Source of the DNA: a virus
Taxonomy: Duplodnaviria; Caudoviricetes
Strand: one strand, 5' to 3'
Virus record (IMG/VR): IMGVR_UViG_2869221657_000003
Coordinates: 1-64,000 of that record
DNA: 64,000 nt
Part shown: one piece after another, positions 45,539 to 54,062 of the stretch
How positions within the stretch are numbered: the first letter of the stretch is position 1
How the letters are laid out: each line of letters opens with the position of its first letter
Made by a program: the position numbers and the translations under genes
Notes under the pieces: model-generated
Databases searched by the model: none
Told to the model about the DNA's origin: nothing
What the model saw: the letters and a program-made list of their open reading frames with translations, nothing else

Positions 45539-45768
45539 GCCTTTGATTTTGGGGGTTTCGGGGGAGGCGGTTCCGGGTTAAACCGGGGGTTGCCTCCAGC
45601 TGCGATAACCTGCAAGTTGCCACGCGGAAACTTAGTAACGAACTCAAGTTCGTTGTATGAGTAGCCGGTGGCTTTAGCTTCGCGTATCAGATCATAGAGG
45701 GCGATGATGGCGGCGGCTATCTCGAAGGTTTGGGCACCTATGGTGTCTAAGGTGGCGTCAGTAGCCAT
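45535..45768 (-). CDS. HTH-like small protein
   Basis: A...GYSYNEL...T.F.R. Confidence 0.45.
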   Translation of the reverse strand: MATDATLDTIGAQTFEIAAAIIALYDLIREAKATGYSYNELEFVTKFPRGNLQVIAAGGNPRFNPEPPPPKPPKSKA

Positions 45769-45952
45769 GCTCGGAGAGTACACGCTCACCATCGTTTACC
45801 TCTCTTAAGCGTTGGTCGATTTTGTCGATTCGTTCCTGGCGCTGTGTGATCTCTTGCACTAGTTCGATGCGCTCTTGTGTGAGTCGCAGGCGTTCCTGCT
45901 GGAGCATGAGCGCGGCGGCGCTGTTGGGGATGTCAGGGAGGACGTTAGACAT
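45758..45952 (-). CDS. Small coiled-coil protein
   Basis: Leftward operon. Confidence 0.45.
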   Translation of the reverse strand: MSNVLPDIPNSAAALMLQQERLRLTQERIELVQEITQRQERIDKIDQRLREVNDGERVLSEHGY

Positions 45953-45960
45953 GCGTACAA

Positions 45961-46230
45961 CTATTTCACAGCCTCAGCCAGCGCCTTAGCTAGATGCTCA
46001 AAGTAGGGCAGTACCGGCTGGTTGCATAAATCCAGTCTGACCAGCGTGTTCTTGATGACCATCTGCTCGGATGCGGACACGCCTTTGGCTACTTCTACTA
46101 CGACTTCCAGGGGGATGCTGTGCCACTTCCACGGGCCACCGTCCGGTGTGTCGATGTGGAACGTATGGTGTAGGTCTACGCCTTTCTCGTCTAGGAAGGT
46201 GTCGATCCACTTGCCGAACGCGGTCATCAC
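45961..46230 (-). CDS. Hypothetical phage protein
   Basis: F.KWIDTFLDEKGVD...YFEHLAKA. Confidence 0.55.
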   Translation of the reverse strand: MMTAFGKWIDTFLDEKGVDLHHTFHIDTPDGGPWKWHSIPLEVVVEVAKGVSASEQMVIKNTLVRLDLCNQPVLPYFEHLAKALAEAVK

Positions 46231-46406
46231 GCAACCGCCATCGCGGCGTCGGTCATAGGCTTGAGGCCCAAGGTGCCCTTGCTGGTCACGGGTGCCTCCA
46301 GCTGGGGGTGTGGCTCACTGGGGAACGTGTAGCTCACGGTGCCGTCTTCGGCCTGGTGCATGACGGTGAAACCTGTCGGGCTGACCCACTTCACGGTGTT
46401 TGTCAT
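46227..46406 (-). CDS. Small hypothetical protein (leaderless)
   Basis: ATG 7 nt after -10 TACCGT. Confidence 0.5.
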   Translation of the reverse strand: MTNTVKWVSPTGFTVMHQAEDGTVSYTFPSEPHPQLEAPVTSKGTLGLKPMTDAAMAVA

Positions 46407-46413
46407 GGTTGCC

Positions 46414-46443
46414 ACGGTACGGCTGCCGTACTCGGGGTGTCAA
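46414..46443 (-). promoter_or_regulatory. SigA leaderless promoter with palindrome
   Basis: TTGACA-18-TACCGT; palindrome 46417-46431. Confidence 0.7.
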
Positions 46444-46588
46444 GTTTTTCGGGATTGCCAATTTTTTGGATTCGCAATTTCCTTAGCGCGCGTTAGGTGC
46501 GCCAATTTTTCAATTTCCAATTTTTCCAATTTCTTGGGGGCGTGCCGGGGCCGGTGCGGAACCGAGCAGCACTCACCGAACGGGGGCG

Positions 46589-47086
46589 ATGATGGGCGGA
46601 CGTGGCGGCGGCGGATCGGGCGGCGGCTCAGGATCGGGCGGTAACAGTAACGCGGACTTGCCACTAAACGACCAGGGCAAGCTAAGCGACCTAAGCGATA
46701 AGGGGACCGCTAGCGAAGCTGCGGACGCGCTAGGGCTAACACCTGACGAGAAAGAACACTTTGAGAACGGGGCGGACGCTAATGACCGGCGGATGCCTAA
46801 GCCCGCTAAGCCGGGGGCGGGTAAGAAACCGAGCAGGTCCGTCGACGCTGGCGAACTGGCCGACGCTCACAAGCGGGCCGTTGCGGCATACGCACGCAAG
46901 CACGGGCGTAAAGCGGCACGGGCATACTCACGCGGCGCTTACTGGTCACTGGTACGCGCAATCAAGACAACGCTCGCGGTTGCGTCCACGGGTGGTCAGG
47001 TTGCGAGCGCACCAACGCACGCGGCGGTCAACTCGGCGCTACTCGCGGCCTACTGGACCGATAAGTTCAAAAGGGCGGCACGCTAA
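46589..47086 (+). CDS. Hypothetical protein beginning MGGRG
   Basis: Isolated rightward ORF between leftward operons. Confidence 0.55.
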   Translation: MMGGRGGGGSGGGSGSGGNSNADLPLNDQGKLSDLSDKGTASEAADALGLTPDEKEHFENGADANDRRMPKPAKPGAGKKPSRSVDAGELADAHKRAVAAYARKHGRKAARAYSRGAYWSLVRAIKTTLAVASTGGQVASAPTHAAVNSALLAAYWTDKFKRAAR

Positions 47087-47201
47087 ACCGTCAGCGCTAT
47101 CCGTAAGGGTGGCTGTAGTCAACGCTAAGCGACTAACGGGCGTGCCCTAGTGGGAATGGATGCCGGAAACGCTTAGAAACGCACTGAGACGCCAATGCAG
47201 A

Positions 47202-47232
47202 AACGCCCCGCCTGGTAATCAGGCGGGGCGTT
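47202..47232. terminator. Bidirectional terminator
   Basis: AACGCCCCGCCTG-gtaat-CAGGCGGGGCGTT between convergent genes. Confidence 0.75.
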
Positions 47233-47250
47233 CCGTACTGCGGTTTGGCG

Positions 47251-48090
47251 CTAGGCGATACCCAACCGCTCTAGCACGCGGGTAACCGTGCGCTCGGCGC
47301 TGTCCTGGCGCTCGCCCAGGCGCACAGCGGGCAGATACACAGCGTTCTCCCCGTAGCTTTCCTCTACGTGTACCGCGCCAGTCTCAACGCAACCGTAGCC
47401 CGCGCCGACACCGTAACGACGTTGCATGTCGGGAGTAAGCCGGTGCATAGCGTTAAAGCACAGCGCGCGCAACATGCTTGGATCGGTGAACGCGTACATC
47501 ACGGACCCCATGTCCAGCGGTTGACCAGCGGCACGGATACGCACAGCGATACGGAAATGGTGGGCAATCTCGCGGCCATTACTGCGGCCAATGTTGGTGG
47601 AGTCAACCCACAACTCAGTAGCACGCCCGGACGTTTCAATCGCTTTGATCAGCGCCACAACCAAACGCCCGCGCGTCTCAAGTTCCTCCTTGTCGATGCC
47701 GCCGGATGCATTCACGTTGCTAACTATGGTCACAACGGGCGTGGTCTTGGGCTTGTCCTCAAACACACTGTCGACCATGCATTCGGGCGTGCCGTCGAGA
47801 AAACGGCCCATGTCCACATATGAGCCGGTCACGTCGTAAGTGCTGAACATGTCGATCTCGGTGACCTGGCGCATGGCGCTATCCACCATTGCCTTAGACG
47901 TGTCCAGCACGCGGACACCAAACTCGGGCAATCCTGCCTTAGCGCGGGCCGCAGCCTCGCCCACACTGGCGCAATTAGAGAAAGACCGGCGGCATCGCTG
48001 GTAGCCAACGTTAGCGGCCTGGTAATCGGCGAACTCAGCAAGGCTCGGGTACTGATGAACCAGCAAGTTTCGGTTCTCAATGATCTGCAT
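47251..48090 (-). CDS. vWA-like partner of MoxR AAA, paralogue 2
   Basis: GSYVDMGRFLDGTPECM. Confidence 0.6.
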   Translation of the reverse strand: MQIIENRNLLVHQYPSLAEFADYQAANVGYQRCRRSFSNCASVGEAAARAKAGLPEFGVRVLDTSKAMVDSAMRQVTEIDMFSTYDVTGSYVDMGRFLDGTPECMVDSVFEDKPKTTPVVTIVSNVNASGGIDKEELETRGRLVVALIKAIETSGRATELWVDSTNIGRSNGREIAHHFRIAVRIRAAGQPLDMGSVMYAFTDPSMLRALCFNAMHRLTPDMQRRYGVGAGYGCVETGAVHVEESYGENAVYLPAVRLGERQDSAERTVTRVLERLGIA

Positions 48091-48210
48091 GGTGTGCCCT
48101 TTCTGAGCGCGTGGTTGTGGTGTGAGTGTCAGAGTACAGTACCCGTACTCAAACGCAAGCGACCCGGCAAGACTAGGTGTCTTACCGGGCCGCTGTGCGC
48201 TAAGCGTGGC

Positions 48211-49428
48211 TTAGGCGGACACCTTAGACCAGGTGGCATCATCCATGCCCTTTTGAAGGGTCCAAGCCACTGCCTTATCCCAATCCAAGCCTTGCGCGAG
48301 CAGGGCGGACATGTTCTGAGATGCACGCGGGGTGATAGTCACGCCCGTGATTGCCTCACGCTTGACGTTCTTACGAACCTTTTGCACGTAGGCCACGGCC
48401 CGCTGTGTCACGTCACGCGGCGCACCCTTAGCAAGTGCCGCCATCATTTCGATGTTTTCGTCAATCTCGATGGTCAGCGCGATGAACCGATCCTTAAATT
48501 CGGCGCTGAATTTCTGAGCCGCCGGGAACTCCCAGGTCGGGCCGTCACCGTAAGTGTTGGTAGCGGCAATGATGACATGCTTATCGGTCAAGCGGACAAT
48601 CTCACGATTGGGCAAGCTGATAAAGCGGTTGGACAACAGCGAGTTGAGCGCGGCCTGAATGCCGGGATGCGAGCGGTCCAGCTCGTCAGTCAACAGAATG
48701 CCGCCCTCAGGGTTAACGGCCCAATCGTAAACAGCGGTAGGGATGAACTCGCCCGTGGCGGACATGTAGCCGCGCAGCTCGCTAGCGGTGCTTTGCAAGT
48801 GAAAGCCGATCACGTAGAACTCGCGGCCAGTAGCCTGGGCAACCTGCTCGCACATGTGAGTCTTACCCACGCCCGGAGCGCCGACCAGCTGCACATTGCA
48901 ACCAGCCGCGATGGCGGTCAGCACGTCGCCAAACTGAGCATGGGTAACCCCGTCCACTTCCCGACGCTCAGTGTCGGTAAGGACGATGGTCCGCTCAGGC
49001 ATAACCACGCCCTCTACGACCTCACGCGCAATGCGTTCGACCTCGGCGCGGTCAATCTGCGGGCGGCCCAGAATGTCCCACAGTGCGTCGCGGGCATCTT
49101 TACTACCGCCCGTCTCGGTGCCGCCGGTCGCAACGGTTTCGGTAGCGGCCCGCGTGTCGACATTCTCGGTAGCGGTCTCGGTAACCGTCTCAGTGCCGCC
49201 CGTCTCGGTGGTGTTCTCAGTGCCGCCAAACGTCTCAATGCAGGTATGCAGGTATTGAGTGCCGATCACCTGACCCTGATCAGCTGCCTTAGTGACCATG
49301 TTCTTAACGATCAGGTGCTCAGCGCCGTCCTGGTCCGTTGCCAGGTAGAACGGTCCCTCATTACCGCACTTGGCGCACGGCGTGCGAAGGGTGCGGATGG
49401 ATTGCTTGGTAAGTGTGGTGACAGACAT
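48211..49428 (-). CDS. MoxR/CbbQ/CobS-like AAA+ ATPase
   Basis: GAPGVGKT, LLTDELDR, AATNT, FKDRF, TPRAS. Confidence 0.85.
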   Translation of the reverse strand: MSVTTLTKQSIRTLRTPCAKCGNEGPFYLATDQDGAEHLIVKNMVTKAADQGQVIGTQYLHTCIETFGGTENTTETGGTETVTETATENVDTRAATETVATGGTETGGSKDARDALWDILGRPQIDRAEVERIAREVVEGVVMPERTIVLTDTERREVDGVTHAQFGDVLTAIAAGCNVQLVGAPGVGKTHMCEQVAQATGREFYVIGFHLQSTASELRGYMSATGEFIPTAVYDWAVNPEGGILLTDELDRSHPGIQAALNSLLSNRFISLPNREIVRLTDKHVIIAATNTYGDGPTWEFPAAQKFSAEFKDRFIALTIEIDENIEMMAALAKGAPRDVTQRAVAYVQKVRKNVKREAITGVTITPRASQNMSALLAQGLDWDKAVAWTLQKGMDDATWSKVSA

Positions 49429-49594
49429 GGTGTTGACCTCTCGGTGGTTGGTGGTTGTGGTGAGTCTTTACCGTACACCACGCGTACCCGATTGGACAAA
49501 CGTTAGGGTACTTAAGTCGTACTTAGGGCGTGTTGCGGACGCCAAAACCCCCCGCTAGCTGGGCTAACGGGGGGCTAAGGGTGCTTAGGTGCTG

Positions 49595-49855
49595 CTAGGC
49601 GTTGGACTCCAGCCATTCAAACACTGTGATCAGACGCGTATCACCACGCGCCCATTGCTCGGTAGGCAGACAGTGATCCCGTACCGCTAGGTGAACCTTT
49701 GACCCGTGCCAGCCGATCAGAATGCGTTGACCGAGGTGCCGGTTGTAGATCACGACGCTTGCGCCGCGCTTGGCGTCGATTGGGTCAGGCTTAGGTGCTG
49801 TGACTGTCCAGCCGTGAGCGCGCGCAACGCGTGCCACTTCTGTGCGGATGCTCAT
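49595..49855 (-). CDS. Hypothetical protein
   Basis: Leftward operon. Confidence 0.4.
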   Translation of the reverse strand: MSIRTEVARVARAHGWTVTAPKPDPIDAKRGASVVIYNRHLGQRILIGWHGSKVHLAVRDHCLPTEQWARGDTRLITVFEWLESNA

Positions 49856-50037
49856 TCGTCGGTGCTGCTCATGCTCGCCACGGTGAGGATTGCGTTTAGC
49901 GCGCACGCCCAACCGATACCGGCGCACCACTTCACAGCGGTAGTCGTCTCGGGCCACAGGCCAGCGACAATCAGGAACGCTGCGCCGAACACGGATAGGC
50001 AGATTGCCGCCGCCGCTTTCTTGATATTGGCGTTCAC
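49852..50037 (-). CDS. Small membrane protein
   Basis: Two hydrophobic segments. Confidence 0.5.
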   Translation of the reverse strand: MNANIKKAAAAICLSVFGAAFLIVAGLWPETTTAVKWCAGIGWACALNAILTVASMSSTDE

Positions 50038-50645
50038 TGGCTGGCCTCCGTGTCCTCAGCTAGGCACTCTGCGCACAGCGACCGGAGCGACGTTCTGGCC
50101 TGCCGAAGCCGCGTAAGCGCCTTTTCGGTCACTTCGCCCTTCTCTAGATCCCGAATAGCCCAACCGATCGCTAAGGCCGCGCCATGCGTCACGTTGTCGA
50201 CCTTGCTCACTGGTCAATCTCCGAATCTGTGTAGGTGTCGCAATCGTTGAGATAGACATTCCCGCTGGGGTCCTGGGTCACGGTGCAACGCAATACCGGG
50301 TCAGCGTGCGCCTTAGGGGTCAGTAGCGCCACTGCCAGTAGCGCTAGCACGGTCACAGGCACGACGAACCCGAAGAAAAAGCGCCAGTAGGCGCGCCACG
50401 TTGCGGACATGTGCCAATGCGTCTCGGTCACGGTAGTGATGCCCTCAGGGCTGGTTACGGTGCGCTTGCGGATAATCACAGAATCCCGCCCTTCCATTCG
50501 CCATCATTCAGGGAATACCAAACGTCAGCGCTACGCCCATCCTTAAGGCGAATCGTCACGTACGGCTGCCTGTTGTAAAGCGCCGCTGTGCCTTGCCCGT
50601 CCGCCATAGCGTTAAGGGTGTCCAGTAGCGCTTGCAAGTGTTCGT

Positions 50646-50933
50646 TCACAGGGCACCGGCCCAAGACAGCATTTCCTCAATGTCATCAGCGGTAGGCATG
50701 GCGTCCGGGTCGCTGTGGTCCGCGTAGTCGTCCATGTAGGCGCTATGCACGTCGGCAATGTCCTGGGCGATCTGCTCGGCGCTATCCGTGAACATCAGGC
50801 GCGGCTTGTTAGTGATGGCGGACTCAAGCGGGCTCAGTGTCCCGTAGTACGTGCGTGGCCCGTAGTTGACGGGCTCACTGTCCCAGCGCCCTTGCCCTGC
50901 GCCTACTAGTGCGAAGTCCTCATATGCGCTCAT
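50646..50933 (-). CDS. Hypothetical protein, first gene of leftward operon
   Basis: RBS AGGAGG on minus strand. Confidence 0.55.
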   Translation of the reverse strand: MSAYEDFALVGAGQGRWDSEPVNYGPRTYYGTLSPLESAITNKPRLMFTDSAEQIAQDIADVHSAYMDDYADHSDPDAMPTADDIEEMLSWAGAL

Positions 50934-51449
50934 GTGTCGCGCCTCCTATGTGGTGGTGAGTGGTTGTGGTGAGCCCTCACCGTACGCCACGCGTACGCAT
51001 ACATGCAACAAGCGACACGCACTAGGTACAGCACACGTACGCAACGCCACCTCAGTGCCACGTAGGCACGTCAACACGCACACACCCTTGCCAGCACTAG
51101 CGCACGCCCTTACAGGCGCTCACAGGGGCGCTAAGCACGCACGCGCCAGCAACGCACACACAAGCGCACCGCAACCACGCCCTAGGTACGCCCCTAGTAC
51201 CCGATCCCCTAACACCCCCTACGAGCCCCTAATGCCCTAGTGCTAGCAGACCGGCTAACCCAATGAACAGGGCGAGACACCAGGCCATGCGTTGTTTCGC
51301 ACACACACAGCCTGACCAGCGCAAAGCTAAGCAAAACGTGTGACTAAGACACACACCACAATGTTTGCTGAGCCAGCTATGTGTAACCGGGCCGCAGTGC
51401 TAACAGTGCAGCTCAGGGCATGTTTCCGCGGCCTAAGGTGACCTAAGCG

Positions 51450-51520
51450 ACCCCCCTGGGGGGTGTCCAGCGCGTTAGCCGCCAGCTCTCCTCGTACGGC
51501 CAGCGATCCCTCTCTCTCTG
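51450..51520. other. Putative cos / genome-end region
   Basis: Non-coding, upstream of terminase; CCCCCC-T-GGGGG; candidate 10-mer TCGTACGGCC 51492-51501. Confidence 0.35.
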
Positions 51521-51592
51521 GGATTTCAGGCCATAACTAAGCGACCTTAGGTGCTCTAAAACTGCTGGTCGCACCCAATTTTGGAGGTTTTC

Positions 51593-51955
51593 ATGGGTGG
51601 TCGGGGTAGTTCGGGCTCTGCGGGGGCCGGTTCGCGTGACCGGAGTTCGCGGAAAGCGACTCGGGAAGCTTATGCGGCCAAATTGACGACTGCGCCGAGG
51701 TCCAACAGGGATTCCGCTCATTTTCGGGAGCTTGCGGAGTATCACGGGTGGACTCGGAGCGCTTTTGAACGGCATGGCCGGTCTGAATATGTCTCCTATG
51801 TCAAGGGTGACCTCAAGGTTGGTATTCATTTCACGCCAACTGGGCGTTTAGGTTCGGCGACTCTGACTAAGGGTGGCTTTGAGACTGCGCGGGTGCTCCC
51901 GAAGTTTGGAAATAAGCGGTCCAAGGTCAATGCGATGTTGATAGGAGCTAAATAA
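51593..51955 (+). CDS. Hypothetical protein beginning MGGRG
   Basis: RBS GGAGG. Confidence 0.6.
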   Translation: MGGRGSSGSAGAGSRDRSSRKATREAYAAKLTTAPRSNRDSAHFRELAEYHGWTRSAFERHGRSEYVSYVKGDLKVGIHFTPTGRLGSATLTKGGFETARVLPKFGNKRSKVNAMLIGAK

Positions 51956-52350
51956 TGCCGCCACGTAAGCGGGCTGTACCTAAAAAGGACTTTCCACCTG
52001 GCCTTTTGGAGGCTGGGCAGGAGCTTTGGATGAGCATTAGTGCGGAGCGTCAGTTGGATGCCGCGTCAAAGGTTCTTTTGATCAATGCTTGTCGCATCGC
52101 TGATCGGCTTGATGCGCTTGATTCTGAGATTGATGGCCGGTTGGTTTCGTTTAATGCGCGGGGTGATGAGGTTATTAACCCGCTTATCTCTGAGCATCGC
52201 CAGCAGTACACGACTTTGGCGAACATTTTGTCGAAGATGGGGCTGGGGGAGTTGCCTAAGCCGAAGCAGGGCGGGTCTCGTTGGGATGAGTTGGCGGCGA
52301 AGCGCGCGGAGCGTGCTGCTGCCCAGGCCGACGCCGCGAGGGTGGCGTAA
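51955..52350 (+). CDS. Terminase small subunit
   Basis: GL.EAGQELW..I...LL..ACRIADRLD.L...NPL.SE.RQQ. Confidence 0.8.
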   Translation: MPPRKRAVPKKDFPPGLLEAGQELWMSISAERQLDAASKVLLINACRIADRLDALDSEIDGRLVSFNARGDEVINPLISEHRQQYTTLANILSKMGLGELPKPKQGGSRWDELAAKRAERAAAQADAARVA

Positions 52351-52496
52351 TTGCCCGGAATGATGTTCAAGCCCGCTGGCTGGTATTCGTGCGGCTGCTG
52401 CCATGAGGCGCAGAACCGCCATGAGGGCCGGGCTTATGAGAAACGCAATTGGCAGCGTGAAGCTGAGGCCGAGCGAGAGGACTTTGGTGATGTTTA

Positions 52497-54062
52497 GTGG
52501 CAATGACGGTTATCGAGTCGATCCCGACTCAAAGGCCGGTCGAATCTGAGTCCCAACTTTGGACGCCTATTGATGACAAGCTTACCGAATGGCGGTCTAA
52601 GGGTCTAGTTGGCGATCAGAAGCCGCGTCTGTCGAATTATCCGACGTTCTTTACGTCGCTTGAAGACGACGGCATGGACTTCATTGAGGCTTATGGCTAT
52701 GACCTGTTGCCGTGGCAGGAAGCTTTGTTTAGGGCTTCTCTTGGCCGCACTCCGGAGGATTTGTGGGCGTGCCGTCAGGTATGTCTGATCATTCCTCGCC
52801 AGCAGGGCAAGACGGAGCTGCTTGAGGCGCGGGAGTTCTACGGCCTGTTCGGGCTGAATGAGAAGATTTTCCATACTTCGCAGCAGGCTAAGACTAATAC
52901 GCAGGCTTGGCAGGCGTTAACGAGTCGGATTGATTCGTATCCGGACCTTGAGGAATTGGTTCTGCCGCATAAGAACGGCGGCGAGGAAGTTTCGATCCGG
53001 CTGCGGAAGCGGGATGACAATCCTGAGCCGGGCTATGTGCGGTATATCGCTCGTTCTCCTAACTCTGGTCGTGGTTTCCGTGATATCGACCTGGTGATGT
53101 GCGATGAGGCTTATGCCTTGTCTGCTGCTGAGATTGCGGCGCTTGGTCCTACTCAGCGTGCTAACCGGAATCCGCAGACTTGGTTTACGAGTTCTGCTGG
53201 TACGGAGGATTCGGAAATCCTGACCGGTATTCGGGATGCGGGTATTGCCCACGCTAACGAGGCTTTGTTGTTCGCGGAGTGGTCCCTTGAGGAAGGGGCT
53301 GATCCTTCGGACCGGACGTTGTGGCCTGTGGCGCAGCCGAGCTTGGGTGCTCCGTTCTGCACGCTTAGGAATCTTGAGTCTGAGTTTGTTGGTTTGCCGT
53401 TTGTCGAGTTCGCCCGTGAGCACATGGGTATGTGGGATGACCCGCGAGTTAACTCGGTTATTCCGTTTGATAAGTGGGAGGACTGCAAGCTAGAGGACTT
53501 GGCGGATGGCGAGCAGCCGTCAGTTGAGGTTTTGTGGACTGTCGCTTGTGTGGATGTGGCCCCGGATCGAGCTTGGGCTTCTGTTGCTTTGGCTGGTAAG
53601 CGTCCGGATGGTAAGTCGCATGTTGAGGTTATCGCTGCGGATAAGGGCACGAATTGGATTGTGCCGACGATGCAGCGCCTTATTAGTTCTGCTACGCCGC
53701 CGAGGGCGGTTGCTTTGCAGGCTGGTGCGCAGGCTGGCGCGTTTTATGCGGAGCTTGAGCAGATTGGCTACAAGGTTCACATGTTGACGCCTCAGGAGGT
53801 TGCGGCGGCTACGGCGAAGTTTTATGACGACGTTGTTAGCGAGAAGCTGACCCATCTTGACGATGAAACGTTGGTGCGCGGTTTGGCCGGGGCTACGAAG
53901 TATCCCATTGGAAAGATTGAGCATGGCGGTTGGGGCTGGCTTCGTAAAGGTACGAGCGTCGATATCACTGGCATTGTCGCGTGTTCTTACGCGAACCGAA
54001 TTTTGACTTTGGAATCGGCTGAGGAAACTTTGACGAAGAAAAAGCGATACAGGATGGTTTAA
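52497..54062 (+). CDS. Terminase large subunit
   Basis: IPRQQGKTE, GRGF...DEA, EWS, DVAPDR. Confidence 0.92.
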   Translation: MAMTVIESIPTQRPVESESQLWTPIDDKLTEWRSKGLVGDQKPRLSNYPTFFTSLEDDGMDFIEAYGYDLLPWQEALFRASLGRTPEDLWACRQVCLIIPRQQGKTELLEAREFYGLFGLNEKIFHTSQQAKTNTQAWQALTSRIDSYPDLEELVLPHKNGGEEVSIRLRKRDDNPEPGYVRYIARSPNSGRGFRDIDLVMCDEAYALSAAEIAALGPTQRANRNPQTWFTSSAGTEDSEILTGIRDAGIAHANEALLFAEWSLEEGADPSDRTLWPVAQPSLGAPFCTLRNLESEFVGLPFVEFAREHMGMWDDPRVNSVIPFDKWEDCKLEDLADGEQPSVEVLWTVACVDVAPDRAWASVALAGKRPDGKSHVEVIAADKGTNWIVPTMQRLISSATPPRAVALQAGAQAGAFYAELEQIGYKVHMLTPQEVAAATAKFYDDVVSEKLTHLDDETLVRGLAGATKYPIGKIEHGGWGWLRKGTSVDITGIVACSYANRILTLESAEETLTKKKRYRMV

